From: an uncultured Collinsella sp.
GTDB taxonomy: Bacteria; Actinomycetota; Coriobacteriia; Coriobacteriales; Coriobacteriaceae
Reading direction: 5' to 3'
Length of the DNA: 64,000 nt
Assembly: GCA_902494035.1 (NCBI GenBank)
Contig: CABURV010000002.1
Span: 530-64,529 of the forward strand
The position numbers were made by a program, and so were the translations under genes. The notes under the pieces are model-generated. The model ran no database searches and was not told where the DNA came from. It worked only from the letters and a program-made list of their open reading frames with translations. Shown here piece after piece: positions 37,078 through 48,181 of the stretch. Numbering within the stretch: the first letter of the stretch is position 1; every line of letters starts with the position of its first letter.

Positions 37078-38985
37078 CTAGAGCTCCTTTTGCAGATAAA
37101 GGCCATGGTCATAAAATCCAAGATGGCGATAGTACTCGCGTGTGCCAATCGCGCTAATCACGTTGATACGCGCATAACCCGCATCCCGGGCAATCTCGCA
37201 CGCACGCTCTACGAGCAAACGCCCCAACCCGTGATGCTGCGCCGCCTGGCCCTGGTCGCCCACGCGTGCCGCCATGCCATACACGTGTACCTCGCGAATC
37301 ATCGCCTCGTCCGGCGTCGTCGGCAACTCGTCCGCATGCGCGGCAACAAACGAATGGTCGGGCAGTGACAACCGCAAAAAGCCCGCGATCTTGCCCCGCG
37401 GCGTCACCCACTGCAAAAAGCGCTCGTAAGTCACCGGCGTCTCGTACGCCACTTCCTCATCAAGAGAAAGCTCATCCAAGTCGGCACCCGCGGTACTGAT
37501 CTCGCGATAGCGAATCTCGCGCACCACTGCGCCTTCTCCACGAGCCGCCAAGCGATTCTCGACGAGCTGACGCAGGTTGGGCTTCTTGTTGCCCACCATA
37601 ATGTCGTCGGAACTAAAGTCGCGGATCATGCGACTGATACGGCAGAACGCCGGCGTCACCACGATGTCGTCGGCTAACACATCGAGCAGCTCTTCCTCGG
37701 TATAGGGACGCCACTCGCCGCGCTCATAGCAGCCCACCAGACGCGAGCCCTCGATGAGCGCACACGGGTAGACCTTGACCTCGTCGGGCATAAAGGCCCC
37801 CTCGGTCATAAAGCGCTCGTAGTCGCGCTTGTCCCCTTCGGGCGTGGCGCCCAGCAAGTTGAGCATAAAATGCGCGTGAATCTTAAAGCCAAACAGGCGC
37901 GCAAGCGAAAACGCCCGCTCGATCTGCGCCACCGAAATGCGACGCTCGTTGATATCGAGCAAATGCTGGTCGAGGCTCTGGATGCCCATCTGAATCTTGG
38001 TGCAACCCAGGCGGCGGATGAGCGTGAGGGCCTGTGGCGCCACGGCATCGGGACGCGTCTCGATAACGAGCCCCACCACGCGATGCTTCGCCGTCTCGTT
38101 GATGCGCTGTTGGCGCTCAAGCTCCTCCATCGTGGCCGTCTGCCACTCGGCGACCTCGCCCCACGGCGTGCCGGGGCCGTACAGACGACGCACCGCGCGG
38201 TTATAGCCGCCCACGGCAGCATCCACACGCTCCTGTTCGTCGACAACGCCGGCAGCAAGCTCGGCCTCGTCTGTCGCAATGCCGGCAGCCCGATAGCGCT
38301 CGCGACGTTCCGCCACCACCGGCGGCAGCGCATCGGCGGGAGCGTCATCGAGCAGGCGCCCTGCCTCGGCACGGCTGATGCCCGGACGCGCCAACATGGG
38401 GTTTGCCGCCACGCCGGCGACGGCATCGTCATTGAGCGCACGGAAGAGCTCCGACATAAACCATGTCTGATAGCCTTCCGGATAGTCGCTCCAGGTACCG
38501 CCAAGCACAATGAGCTCGATCTTATCGGTCGCATGTCCCATCTGCGAAAGCGCCGTCAAACGGGCACTCACCTGCAGATACGGATCGAAGCAGTTTTGCT
38601 CCGCACGGGCGCACGCGGGCTCAGCATGTAAATAGCTTTTGGGCATGCGCAGGTCGTTGGGGCAAAACAGGCAATCGCCCGAGCACGGCCAGGGCTTGGT
38701 GATGACGGTAATGGTCGCCACGCCCGAAGCCGTGCGACGAGGCTTCATGCGTAGCACCTGCAGCAGTTGACGCTCTAGCTCGGCGTCGACATTCCATGCC
38801 GTCCAACGAGCCGGCTCCTCGCGCTTCACCCGCTGGTAAAACGGCAGCAGGCGACGCTTGGCCAAATCGCGCTTGTCGGCACCCTCACGGCGCGCCTCGG
38901 CATGTATCAATTTGACGAGCACCTTGTCGTCCACGGTCTCACCGCGACGCAGAGCCTCGAGTATGTTCAAAATAATCTGTTCCAT
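37078..38985 (-). CDS. elp3: Elp3 family radical-SAM/acetyltransferase (tRNA U34 carboxymethylation)
   Basis: RTASGV, CSGDCLFCP, KIELIVLGGT, ETRPD, MGIQS, KVYP, IRYRE, GFLRL, IREVHVYG, QHHGLG, VISAIGTREYYRHLGF. Confidence 0.92.
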   Translation of the reverse strand: MEQIILNILEALRRGETVDDKVLVKLIHAEARREGADKRDLAKRRLLPFYQRVKREEPARWTAWNVDAELERQLLQVLRMKPRRTASGVATITVITKPWPCSGDCLFCPNDLRMPKSYLHAEPACARAEQNCFDPYLQVSARLTALSQMGHATDKIELIVLGGTWSDYPEGYQTWFMSELFRALNDDAVAGVAANPMLARPGISRAEAGRLLDDAPADALPPVVAERRERYRAAGIATDEAELAAGVVDEQERVDAAVGGYNRAVRRLYGPGTPWGEVAEWQTATMEELERQQRINETAKHRVVGLVIETRPDAVAPQALTLIRRLGCTKIQMGIQSLDQHLLDINERRISVAQIERAFSLARLFGFKIHAHFMLNLLGATPEGDKRDYERFMTEGAFMPDEVKVYPCALIEGSRLVGCYERGEWRPYTEEELLDVLADDIVVTPAFCRISRMIRDFSSDDIMVGNKKPNLRQLVENRLAARGEGAVVREIRYREISTAGADLDELSLDEEVAYETPVTYERFLQWVTPRGKIAGFLRLSLPDHSFVAAHADELPTTPDEAMIREVHVYGMAARVGDQGQAAQHHGLGRLLVERACEIARDAGYARINVISAIGTREYYRHLGFYDHGLYLQKEL

Positions 38986-39087
38986 GACCCCATTGTAAAG
39001 GCAAAGGCGCCGGAGCCGATCTCGGCTTCGGCGCCTTCATCAAACAGCGCGTCTAAGCATCTATGCTTGCGGACCAGCCCGCAGTCA

Positions 39088-39987
39088 TCATTCCGGATCA
39101 AACGACATGTCGCCCGAACCGACCTCAAAACGATACGTGGCAGACTTATCGCCGTTATCGAATTCAAGATTCAAAATGGTCTCGCCGTCGTAGCCAAGCG
39201 GAAGGAAATCGCTCTCGAAGTCGCCACTGCCCAAGGTGAGGATCGCTTTAAAGCCCGTAGAGTTCGGAACCGTCATCTCCACGTCGCCCGAGCCCACGCT
39301 CACATCCATCGACTTCGCGGGGGCCTGGTAGAGCTCGAACGTCACATCGCCCGAACCGACCTCGGCATTCAGGGTATCGGTCACGGTGCCCGTAAACTCA
39401 ACGTCTCCCGAGTCCAGAGTCAGGTTGAGGTCATGACACGCAATGCCCGCGACCGTCAGATCACCCGATCCTACATTCGCTGTGATGCCCACCATGTTAT
39501 CGGCAACATCGCGCGGCAGTTCGACGGTAACCGTGCGGTCAATGGCGCGCTCGTCATCGCAATCGAACTGGCGAATCTTGAGCGTAGAACCCTTGATTTC
39601 GGCCAGGTTCTGGGTTGCCGCATCGAAGGCAACGGTCCCCGTTGCCACGCGACCGCTTTCAATCACGCGCACTGGCCCGCCGGAGACGTGTTTGACCTCG
39701 ACCGTGCCCGACGTCACGTCCAAGTCAAGCGATGTGAACGCGTCGGCATCAAAGGTTTCGCTCGAAAGCTGCTGAGGCCGAGCGGAATAGTTACCGTCAT
39801 CCAAAAGATCGCCCTCGTCCACCACATCGTCCATACCAGACAGGCCGGATACAACATCGTCGAGATCCCACGGGCCATCAAAATGAATCAATGTCCGCGA
39901 AACGCCAAAGACAAGCCCAACAATGAGCACAAACGCTCCGATGCCAACACCCAGGCGTACCTTGGATTCATGCGAAATCTTCATCAT
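39088..39987 (-). CDS. DUF4097 beta-strand repeat membrane protein
   Basis: N-terminal TM, repeated xGSGDV motifs. Confidence 0.8.
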   Translation of the reverse strand: MMKISHESKVRLGVGIGAFVLIVGLVFGVSRTLIHFDGPWDLDDVVSGLSGMDDVVDEGDLLDDGNYSARPQQLSSETFDADAFTSLDLDVTSGTVEVKHVSGGPVRVIESGRVATGTVAFDAATQNLAEIKGSTLKIRQFDCDDERAIDRTVTVELPRDVADNMVGITANVGSGDLTVAGIACHDLNLTLDSGDVEFTGTVTDTLNAEVGSGDVTFELYQAPAKSMDVSVGSGDVEMTVPNSTGFKAILTLGSGDFESDFLPLGYDGETILNLEFDNGDKSATYRFEVGSGDMSFDPE

Positions 39988-40706
39988 TCGTCACCCTCTT
40001 TGGCACATGGCTCAGCGGTGGTCGTGGTAGCCACGTCAGCATCAGGTTCCGCAGAAGCATCCTTCCCCTGGGCCTTGATCGCCACCGACGCCGGACCAAC
40101 CTGGATATCCCCGCGCGCCCAATCGCCATCGAGCGCACGCGCCACCCAGTGATAGATGGGGATCGTAAAGAAGATCAGCGCGGCAAAGGGACCGGCACCA
40201 AACAGGAACATCAGCAAAAAGAACAGTAGCCAACACACGGCCCAATACGGGAACGACTGGAACGGGCCCTTCACCGGAGTCGAGCCAACCGCGGTGCCAC
40301 TCGTCGCCTGCGCCGTAGCGGCATTGGCGGCCTGCGCACTCCAGCTTGCCGCCTGCGCCGCCTTGGCCGCAGCATCACTCGCCTGCGTTGCCGCCTCGGT
40401 AGCGCGCGCCGCCGCCTCATGGGCGCGAGCACGCTCTGCCGCCTCGGCCTCGCGCTGACGGGCGCGGTCCTCGTTCTCAAACTCGATATCGTCCTCGATC
40501 TCGTCGCTCGGATTGAGCAGCTCGTCCAGGCTCACGCCATAGAGTTTGGCGAGCGAGATTAGGTTCTCGGTATCGGGCGAGCTCTCCGCGCGCTCCCATT
40601 TACTGACTGCCTGGCGCGACAGCCCCAGCTTTCGCGCCAGCCCTTCTTGGCTAAAACCCTTGCTGCGACGAAGGTCGGCGAGCCGCTGCGCAGTTTCTAC
40701 ATTCAT
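39984..40706 (-). CDS. XRE-family HTH regulator with C-terminal TM segments
   Basis: LRRSKGFSQEGLARKLGLSRQAVSKWERAESSPD, YGVSLDELL; AGGAGG before ATG 40706. Confidence 0.9.
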   Translation of the reverse strand: MNVETAQRLADLRRSKGFSQEGLARKLGLSRQAVSKWERAESSPDTENLISLAKLYGVSLDELLNPSDEIEDDIEFENEDRARQREAEAAERARAHEAAARATEAATQASDAAAKAAQAASWSAQAANAATAQATSGTAVGSTPVKGPFQSFPYWAVCWLLFFLLMFLFGAGPFAALIFFTIPIYHWVARALDGDWARGDIQVGPASVAIKAQGKDASAEPDADVATTTTAEPCAKEGDE

Positions 40707-40973
40707 GGTTCCTCCTATGTGATGCCAGCCGTGCCGCCGGACCGTTTTTGTTCTTAAGGCGCCTTGCACAGTTAAAAATCTATCCGCCACCGCCAAAAGC
40801 ATGCCACCTATTCTAGTGAGATTTTTGACAACCGGCGGTTGCGGGCACATATGAGCTGCGGAAATGTGTCCAAACAAAGCAATGACCCACGGCTCGGTTG
40901 TCCCCGTTGCGGCGTTAACGGTAGTATGGTCGTACTGTTTATTCCGCACCGCCAACGGAGGGAGTCCCGCGCC

Positions 40974-41846
40974 GTGAACCGCGATTTCGCCTCATCGCTC
41001 ATCCAGCTCAACAATACGTTCTATCGCGAGCACTCCGCCTCCTTTTCCGATACGCGCCAGGCCCCGTGGCCCGGCTGGGTGCGCACCATGGACATTGCGC
41101 TCGAACAGCTCGACGTCGCCACGATCGAGCATCCCGTCCGCGTCTTCGATCTTGCCTGCGGCAATATGCGATTCGAAAACTTTGCCGCCGGCGGCGCACT
41201 CGCCGCCAAGGGCGTCAACGGCGCAAACCCCTCGGCAGATGCCAGTTGCCCGTTTGAGTTCTATGGTGTCGACTCGTGTCAAGATTTGGCTATCGATGCA
41301 CATGGCCACGCCCTGCGCATTCCCAACCTGCGCTTCCAGGAACTCGATGTGCTCGACGCCCTCATGAAGCTCAACCCCGCCGAGACACCCGACGTGCTTT
41401 TCGACGCCCCGCTCGCCGACATCTCGGTCTGCTTTGGATTTATGCACCACGTGCCGTCGTGCGAGTACCGCGTACGCGTGCTCGACGCCCTGGTGCGCCA
41501 GACGCGCCCAGGCGGCATCATCGCCATCAGCTTTTGGGAGTTTATGAACGACGAGCGCATGGCGCGCAAGGCTGTTCGCGCCGAGGCCCGCGCCGAGCTC
41601 ACCCCGCCGTTTGAGGGTTACGATTCCGCGCAGTTTGAAGCCGGTGACCACCTCATTGGCTGGCAAAACGACCGCCACGCCTACCGCTATTGCCATCACT
41701 TTGACGATCAGCAGATCACCGACCTGGTGCGCGGCGTGCGTACGTTCTACAAGAGCGGCGAGGTCCCCGTGCGCGAGCTTGAGCGTTTCCATGCCGACGG
41801 TCGCAGCGGAGATCTCAACCGCTATGTGATTCTCAAGCGCCTGTAG
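40974..41846 (+). CDS. Class I SAM methyltransferase with Trm9/ALKBH8-like motifs
   Basis: FSDTRQAPWP, DLACGNMRF, FMHHVP, RPGGIIAISFW, GDHLIGW, RYCHHF; GGAGGGAG before GTG 40974. Confidence 0.8.
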   Translation: MNRDFASSLIQLNNTFYREHSASFSDTRQAPWPGWVRTMDIALEQLDVATIEHPVRVFDLACGNMRFENFAAGGALAAKGVNGANPSADASCPFEFYGVDSCQDLAIDAHGHALRIPNLRFQELDVLDALMKLNPAETPDVLFDAPLADISVCFGFMHHVPSCEYRVRVLDALVRQTRPGGIIAISFWEFMNDERMARKAVRAEARAELTPPFEGYDSAQFEAGDHLIGWQNDRHAYRYCHHFDDQQITDLVRGVRTFYKSGEVPVRELERFHADGRSGDLNRYVILKRL

Positions 41847-41965
41847 CCACCGACGACTCGCCGTCGAGCCGCACCACGTCTTTCGGGCAAACTATGCCCA
41901 CCCCTTTTTCAACCCATTGACGGAACGCGCAGCTATACGTTCCATACTTATGACCAAGGAGCCTC

Positions 41966-42805
41966 ATGGGAGCCGTCCACGTTCGCACGCCTAAGAACTT
42001 TGTGCTCGAGGAGCGCCTGGAGCGCTACGCCGATGCGATTGAGACGAACCCCGAAATCTATGCCGGAGATTGGCGCGAGGCTTGCGCGCCAGTTGGCAGC
42101 AAGCCCTTCGAACACCTTCATCTGGATCTGGGCTGCGGCAAAGGCACCTATCTGGTTGAGCGCGCTCGCCGTGAGCCCGACACGCTCTTTGTCGGCATGG
42201 ACCAGGAGCCCATCTGCATCGCCTATGCCGCGCAGAAAATCTGCGAGCAGGCGCTATCCAACGCACTCGTCCTGCCCCGAGGCGCCACATCGCTGCCACA
42301 GCTGTTTGCCGCAGGCGAGCTCGATGCCATCACCATCAACTTTCCCACGCCGCAGCCCAAGGCCAAGTACGCCAAAAAACGACTCGTCCATGTCGACCAT
42401 TTGATTCTCTACCGCCCGCTCTTTTCAGCCGGCGCCACCGTCACGCTGCGCACCGACAGCAAGCCATTGCGCGACTACGCCCTGGGGCAGTTTGCCGCGG
42501 CCGGCTACGACACGCTTTGGGTAAGCGACAACGTCCGCCGAGACCATCCCGAGCATCCCGAGACCGAATATGAGCGCCGCACGCGCGAGATGGGTGCCGT
42601 CGTCTATGGCATTTGCGCCATGCCCGGAGCGCAGCCAACCGACGAACAGCTCACAGTAGGACGCGCGCAGGAGCAAAGCCTTGCCTGCTACCTGCCCGAT
42701 AACCTCGATGAGCTCACCTATGTACCTCTGGGCATGGAAGAAGCCGTCGAGAACTTTAGAAACCGCGCCCGCAAAGGCAAGAAGCACCTGCCGCAAGAGC
42801 ACTAG
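41966..42805 (+). CDS. trmB: tRNA (guanine-N7)-methyltransferase
   Basis: LDLGCGKG, INFPTPQPKAKYAKKRL, LRTD, TEYERR. Confidence 0.85.
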   Translation: MGAVHVRTPKNFVLEERLERYADAIETNPEIYAGDWREACAPVGSKPFEHLHLDLGCGKGTYLVERARREPDTLFVGMDQEPICIAYAAQKICEQALSNALVLPRGATSLPQLFAAGELDAITINFPTPQPKAKYAKKRLVHVDHLILYRPLFSAGATVTLRTDSKPLRDYALGQFAAAGYDTLWVSDNVRRDHPEHPETEYERRTREMGAVVYGICAMPGAQPTDEQLTVGRAQEQSLACYLPDNLDELTYVPLGMEEAVENFRNRARKGKKHLPQEH

Positions 42806-42903
42806 CTTCACGCGCCCATTTCCTGCATTTTCTCGCGCGCTGGCACCCCGCGGCGCCGCTACGCCATAATAGTTGGCGGACAATCGCGAGAGAAAGCAAC
42901 CAC

Positions 42904-45585
42904 ATGGCACAGACCACGACAGATACCGCCGCCAGCACCGTTTCCGGTGCCGGGGCCGCCAGCTCATTCTCGGGCGGCACGGGAACCGAGGCCGAGTTTG
43001 GCTCGCTCGGCGCACTCTCCCCCACCTGGTGGGAGCCCGAGGACGGCAGCGAGCCCGAGCCATGGCTCACGGCCGATCAAGCCTTCGAACGCTTCTTTGA
43101 ATGGACGAGCGATCGCGGCATTGAGCTGTGGGACCACCAAGAAGAGGCCCTCATGGACCTGGCTGCCGGCGATCACGTCATTTTAGGCACACCGACCGGA
43201 TCGGGTAAATCGCTCGTCGCGCTGGGCATGCTCTTTATGGGCATGGCGCAGGGCAAACGTTGCTATTACACGGCCCCCATCAAGGCCTTGGTCAGTGAAA
43301 AGTTTTTCGATCTGGTACAGGTGCTCGGCCGCGATAACGTCGGCATGATCACCGGCGACACCCATATCAACACCAAGGCGCCCGTCATCTGCTGCACGGC
43401 CGAAATCCTTGCCAACGATGCGCTGCGCGAGGGTGAGGACGCCGACGTGGGCTGCGTGGCCATGGACGAGTTCCACTACTTTGCCGACCCCGACCGCGGC
43501 TGGGCCTGGCAGGTGCCGCTGCTCACCCTGCCCCACACGCAATTCATGCTCATGAGCGCCACACTTGGCGATGTTACCGCCATCGCCGCCTCACTCGAGG
43601 AGCACACCGGCGCTGCTTGCGACTTGGTTGTCGATGCCCCGCGCCCCGTGCCGCTGAGCTACGACTACGTGACGACCTCGCTCGAGGGCACCGTCGAGCT
43701 CGCGATGCGCCGCGGCGAGGCCCCGCTCTATATCGTGCACTTTAGCCAAGACGCCGCCCTTGCGACGGCACAGTCGCTCGCCAACTTTGGCATCGCCAGC
43801 AAGGAGCAGCGCGAGGCTATTAAGGAAGCGGCCAAGGGCACGAGTTTCTCGACGGCTTTTGGCAAGATTCTCAAGCGCCTGCTTGGCTGCGGCGTCGGTG
43901 TGCACCACGCCGGTATGCTGCCGCGCTATCGCCTCCTGGTCGAGCGCCTGGCGCAGCAGGGCCTACTGCCCGTCATTTGCGGCACCGACACACTCGGTGT
44001 CGGCATCAACGTGCCCATCCACACCGTGGTCCTCACCGCGCTCACCAAGTTCGACGGCTACAAAATGCGTCGCCTGCGCGCCCGCGAGTTCCATCAGATT
44101 GCTGGACGCGCCGGCCGTTCGGGCTTCGATACCGAGGGCATGGTCATCGGCGAGGCCCCGGAGCACGAGATCGAGAACGCCAAGCTCATGGCCAAGGCGG
44201 GCGACGACCCCAAGAAGCTCCGCAAGATTAAAAAGAAGAAGGCCCCCGAGGGCTTTGTCACCTGGAACAAGCAGACCTTTGAGCGCCTGATCGAGACGCA
44301 GCCCGAGACGCTCAAGCCGCGCCTGCGCATCACACACTCCATGGTGATTAGCGTGGTCGAGCAGGGCGGCGATGCCCGAGCCCGCGTACACGACCTCATC
44401 GAGACGAGCTTGCAGACCCCCGAGGAAAAGGCCAAGCTCGAGGTTCGCGCCGACGAAATCTTCGCCACGCTCATCGATTCCGGCGTCGTCGTTCGCACCG
44501 AGGTGCCGACCGCGCCCGACGCCCCGACTGACGCCGCACCAGACATCGACTATGCGCTGACGGTCGATCTGCCCGAGGACTTTGCGCTCGACCAGCCGCT
44601 CTCGCCATTTTTGCTTGCCGCTTTGGAGCTGCTCGACCCCGAGAGCGAGACCTATACCATGGATCTGATCTCGATGGTCGAGGCTACGCTCGAGGACCCC
44701 AAGCAGGTATTGCGCGCACAGGAGCGCGCTGCGCGCGACCGCGCGATGGCCGAAATGAAGGCTGACGGCGTCGAATACGAGGAACGCCTGGAGCGCATCC
44801 AGGATGTCACCTACGAAAAGCCGCTCGAGGACTTGCTCGATGCCGCCTTCGACAAGTACTGCCAGGAAGTACCCTGGGCCAACGACTACCAGCTCTCGCC
44901 CAAGAGCGTGCTGCGCGACATGCTGGAAAGCGCGAGCGATTTTAAGGGCTACATTCAAAAACTCGGCATCGCCCGCTCCGAGGGCATTTTGCTGCGCTAC
45001 CTGGCAGAGGCCTATCGTTCGCTCGACCGCACCGTGCCCATCGAGAAGCGCGACGAACGCCTGCGCGACATTATCTCGTGGCTGGGCTTTGTGGTGCGCT
45101 CGGTGGACTCGAGCCTGGTGGACGAGTGGGAGAACGCCGGCAACCCGGCGGCCCTCGATGCCGCACCGCCACAGGGCATCGACGAGGTCGTGGCGGACCG
45201 CCGAGGCTGCACGTTGCTGGTGCGCAACGCACTCTTCCGCCGCGTGACCCTTGCCGCCCGCGAGCACGTTCGCGACCTGGGCGAGCTCGACGACGACTGG
45301 GGCATGAGCGAGATCCGCTGGCAAAAGGCACTCGACGCTTACCACGAGCAGCACGAGGAGATCCTCACCGACGGAGATGCCCGCAGCGCCGCGATGTTTT
45401 CCATCGACGAGTCTGACGAGAAGACCGCACACGTATGGCACGTGCACCAGATCTTTGCCGACGAGGATGGCGACCACGACTTTGGCATCATGGGCGATGT
45501 CGATCTGGACGCCACGCAGGACGGCGGCGAGGTCATCTTTAAGAACTACCGCGTCGGCTTTATCGAGGACCTGCTCGAGGACTAG
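42904..45585 (+). CDS. Ski2-like DEAD/DEAH RNA helicase (DUF3516 type)
   Basis: PTGSGKS, APIKALVSEK, DEFH, MSAT, HHAGMLP, GTDTLGVGINVP, QIAGRAGR. Confidence 0.9.
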   Translation: MAQTTTDTAASTVSGAGAASSFSGGTGTEAEFGSLGALSPTWWEPEDGSEPEPWLTADQAFERFFEWTSDRGIELWDHQEEALMDLAAGDHVILGTPTGSGKSLVALGMLFMGMAQGKRCYYTAPIKALVSEKFFDLVQVLGRDNVGMITGDTHINTKAPVICCTAEILANDALREGEDADVGCVAMDEFHYFADPDRGWAWQVPLLTLPHTQFMLMSATLGDVTAIAASLEEHTGAACDLVVDAPRPVPLSYDYVTTSLEGTVELAMRRGEAPLYIVHFSQDAALATAQSLANFGIASKEQREAIKEAAKGTSFSTAFGKILKRLLGCGVGVHHAGMLPRYRLLVERLAQQGLLPVICGTDTLGVGINVPIHTVVLTALTKFDGYKMRRLRAREFHQIAGRAGRSGFDTEGMVIGEAPEHEIENAKLMAKAGDDPKKLRKIKKKKAPEGFVTWNKQTFERLIETQPETLKPRLRITHSMVISVVEQGGDARARVHDLIETSLQTPEEKAKLEVRADEIFATLIDSGVVVRTEVPTAPDAPTDAAPDIDYALTVDLPEDFALDQPLSPFLLAALELLDPESETYTMDLISMVEATLEDPKQVLRAQERAARDRAMAEMKADGVEYEERLERIQDVTYEKPLEDLLDAAFDKYCQEVPWANDYQLSPKSVLRDMLESASDFKGYIQKLGIARSEGILLRYLAEAYRSLDRTVPIEKRDERLRDIISWLGFVVRSVDSSLVDEWENAGNPAALDAAPPQGIDEVVADRRGCTLLVRNALFRRVTLAAREHVRDLGELDDDWGMSEIRWQKALDAYHEQHEEILTDGDARSAAMFSIDESDEKTAHVWHVHQIFADEDGDHDFGIMGDVDLDATQDGGEVIFKNYRVGFIEDLLED

Positions 45586-45607
45586 CCGCACATACTGGAA
45601 CAAAACG

Positions 45608-45647
45608 AAGCGGGGCCGCTGGCAATATCGCCAGCGGCCCCGCTTTT
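45608..45647. terminator. Terminator hairpin between convergent genes
   Basis: aagcggggccgctggc / gccagcggccccgctttt. Confidence 0.85.
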
Positions 45648-45664
45648 GCACTATACGCTATGCC

Positions 45665-47422
45665 CTACTCGGCATCCTCGACCTCATACGAATCCGCCTC
45701 GGCGGGCTCATCGTTTGTCTCTGGCGCAGTCCCGCGTGCCTCGTCAAACGCCGCTTTCATGGTCTTGTTGCCCCACGTGAGCTTGCGAATGGTAAGATCG
45801 TCGGCTTTCTTGTTGGCTAGGCGCAGATTGTTCTCGGAGGACAGCAACGCCTCCTTGGTTTTCTGCAGATGGCTAATCGTCTTGTCGATCTCATCGATTG
45901 CCGTTTGGAACTTGCGGCTCGCAATCTCGTAGTTGCGGCCGAAATCGTTCTTGAACTTCTCCATCTTGGCTTCGAAGTTCGTAACGTCGATATTCTGCTG
46001 TTTGTACTCCGCCAGCTCCTGCTTATAGCGAAGCGAACCCATAGCGGCGTTGCGAAGAAGCGTAATCATGGGAATGAAAAACTGTGGGCGAATCACGTAC
46101 ATCTTCTCGTAGCGATAGCTCACGTCGACTATCCCTGCGTTATAGAGCTCGCTCTCGGGCTCGAGCAGCGTGCAGAGCACCGCGTACTCACAGCCTTTCT
46201 GGCGACGATCGTGATCGAGTTTCTTAAAGAAGTCCTCGTTTTTATGCTTGGTCGCAGTCTCGTCGTTCTCGTTTTTCATCTCGAACATAATCGAAATGAC
46301 CTCGTTGCCGCTCGCGTCGCACTCGCGGAAGATAAAGTCGCCCTTGGTACCCTCGGACGCATCGTTATCTTTCTCGAAATACGCGTTAGGAAACGCCGTC
46401 ATGCGCAGACGGTTAAACTCGGTCTCGCAGTGCTGCTCGAGCGACTCGCCCACCATCTTGGTGGACAGGCGGACCTTCATGTCCTTAAGGCGCTCAATCT
46501 CTTCATCCTTGTAGCGGATCAGGTCATCGCTCGCGCGCTTGGCTTGCGCAAGCTCGAGCTCGTGTGCCGCCTTGGCTTGCTCCTCGCGAGAATCGCGCAC
46601 CGCCAGCTCGCTCGTCAGCTTGGCACGTGCCTCATCGCGCTCTCGCTCCGCCGCGGCGACCGCCTCTGACAGGTTCATTTTTGCCATCAGTTCCTGCTCG
46701 CGCAGCTGGGCACGCAGGCCCTCGGCCTCTTGCTCGGACTGAGCCTTTGCGGCGGAAAACTTCTCTTGCACCTTCGCGCGATAGTCAGTAAGCGCGCGCT
46801 CGGCCTCGCTGCGAGCGGCATCGAGCTCACGCTGCGACTCTGCCGCGGCAGCGGCAAGCGCCATCTCCTGGGCCTTGTCCGCCGCGGCGAGCTTGGCCTG
46901 CAGCTCGGCAATCTGAGCGTCGCGCGCGGACAGGTCGTTTTGAGCAGCATTGCGTGCCGCCGCCTCGGCAAGCCTGGCTTCATCATCTTTGCGCCCCAAC
47001 TGCGCACGCAAATTGTCGATTTCGCGCTGAAGCTCGGCGTTTTCCTTTTGAGCATCGGCGCGGGCCTCAACCGCCGCACGCTGGCTTGCACTCTCGCGCT
47101 CTGCGGCAGCGCCCTCGAGCTTGGCGCGCAGCTCGGCAAGCTCGGCATCGCGCTTGGCGACTTCTTGTGCCAGCTGCTGAGCTGCAGCGTTCTTCTGCTC
47201 GACAAGCTGGGCGTTGCGCTGAGACTCTGCCTTTTGCAAGGCAGCCGTCGAACGCGAGCGCTCAAGCTCCAGCGCTTGCTCGCCCTCGCGCTGGACTGCC
47301 TTCACACGCTCATCCAGGTCGCGCGAAAACTCAGCATCGCGCACTTGTTTGACGATATCCGCATAGCCGGACGCATCGACCTTAAAAACTTCGCCGCAAT
47401 GCGGGCACTTGATCTCGTTCAT
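45665..47422 (-). CDS. DUF2130 coiled-coil protein
   Basis: IKCPHCG, long coiled coil, [36 protein letters not shown]. Confidence 0.88.
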   Translation of the reverse strand: MNEIKCPHCGEVFKVDASGYADIVKQVRDAEFSRDLDERVKAVQREGEQALELERSRSTAALQKAESQRNAQLVEQKNAAAQQLAQEVAKRDAELAELRAKLEGAAAERESASQRAAVEARADAQKENAELQREIDNLRAQLGRKDDEARLAEAAARNAAQNDLSARDAQIAELQAKLAAADKAQEMALAAAAAESQRELDAARSEAERALTDYRAKVQEKFSAAKAQSEQEAEGLRAQLREQELMAKMNLSEAVAAAERERDEARAKLTSELAVRDSREEQAKAAHELELAQAKRASDDLIRYKDEEIERLKDMKVRLSTKMVGESLEQHCETEFNRLRMTAFPNAYFEKDNDASEGTKGDFIFRECDASGNEVISIMFEMKNENDETATKHKNEDFFKKLDHDRRQKGCEYAVLCTLLEPESELYNAGIVDVSYRYEKMYVIRPQFFIPMITLLRNAAMGSLRYKQELAEYKQQNIDVTNFEAKMEKFKNDFGRNYEIASRKFQTAIDEIDKTISHLQKTKEALLSSENNLRLANKKADDLTIRKLTWGNKTMKAAFDEARGTAPETNDEPAEADSYEVEDAE

Positions 47423-47519
47423 AGCAGCTCCTCGATGGACGCAAATTTTAACCGCCTACACTCTACCGCGCCGCACGGACAAAAAAGGCGCCGCCATAAT
47501 GGCAACGGCGCCAGAAACA

Positions 47520-47546
47520 CCACAAAGGTGCCTGTCCCCTTTGTGG
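47520..47546. repeat. REP-like hairpin with 13-nt GGGAC loop
   Basis: ccacaaa [ggtgcctgtcccc] tttgtgg. Confidence 0.65.
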
Positions 47547-47569
47547 CGGTTTGTGTGACGGTTCGAGAA

Positions 47570-48115
47570 TTACAGTCCAAAGAAACCGAGGATTTGGTCT
47601 CGACTTACAGGCTTGTACTCGTTGGCGTCGAGGCCGACATCGTAGCGAAAGATAGGACGTTCGCGATCGCGGTTGCGTGCGTTGGTGCGGTCACCCCTGC
47701 TGTGGATATGCCCGTGCAGCATGATGGCGCCACGTGCCTTGCCGTTCCAGCTGAGCATGGGGTAGTGGCTCATAACCAGACGATGGCCCTTGGCATAGCC
47801 AGGAGCAACCTCCAGGTAATCACGCACGTCTTCCCAGATTTGGGGCGCAGCTGGATCTTCCCAGTCGCTGTCATGGTTACCACGGATGAGCGTCACATTC
47901 TGGCATTCGATGCGCTCGCGCAGGCGCACCGCCTCCGCCAGGGGCAAACGATAGGTAAAGTCTCCCAAGATATAGAGGCGGTCGTCCACAGCCACGCACT
48001 CATTGATGGCATCGATGACTTTGCGGTTCATCTCCTCGACCGAATCAAACGGCCGATCCATGTCGTGCAAGATATTCGTATCGCCCAGGTGCAGGTCGGC
48101 GGTAAACCACATCAT
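47570..48115 (-). CDS. Calcineurin-like metallophosphoesterase
   Basis: FTADLHLG, ILGDF, RGNHD, SHYP, HGHIH, DVGLD. Confidence 0.9.
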   Translation of the reverse strand: MMWFTADLHLGDTNILHDMDRPFDSVEEMNRKVIDAINECVAVDDRLYILGDFTYRLPLAEAVRLRERIECQNVTLIRGNHDSDWEDPAAPQIWEDVRDYLEVAPGYAKGHRLVMSHYPMLSWNGKARGAIMLHGHIHSRGDRTNARNRDRERPIFRYDVGLDANEYKPVSRDQILGFFGL

Positions 48116-48181
48116 CGTCTATGCCCTCATTTCGCAACGCGTTCAACTCGTGCTAAGTATACAGACGCAGCGATGCGGCGG

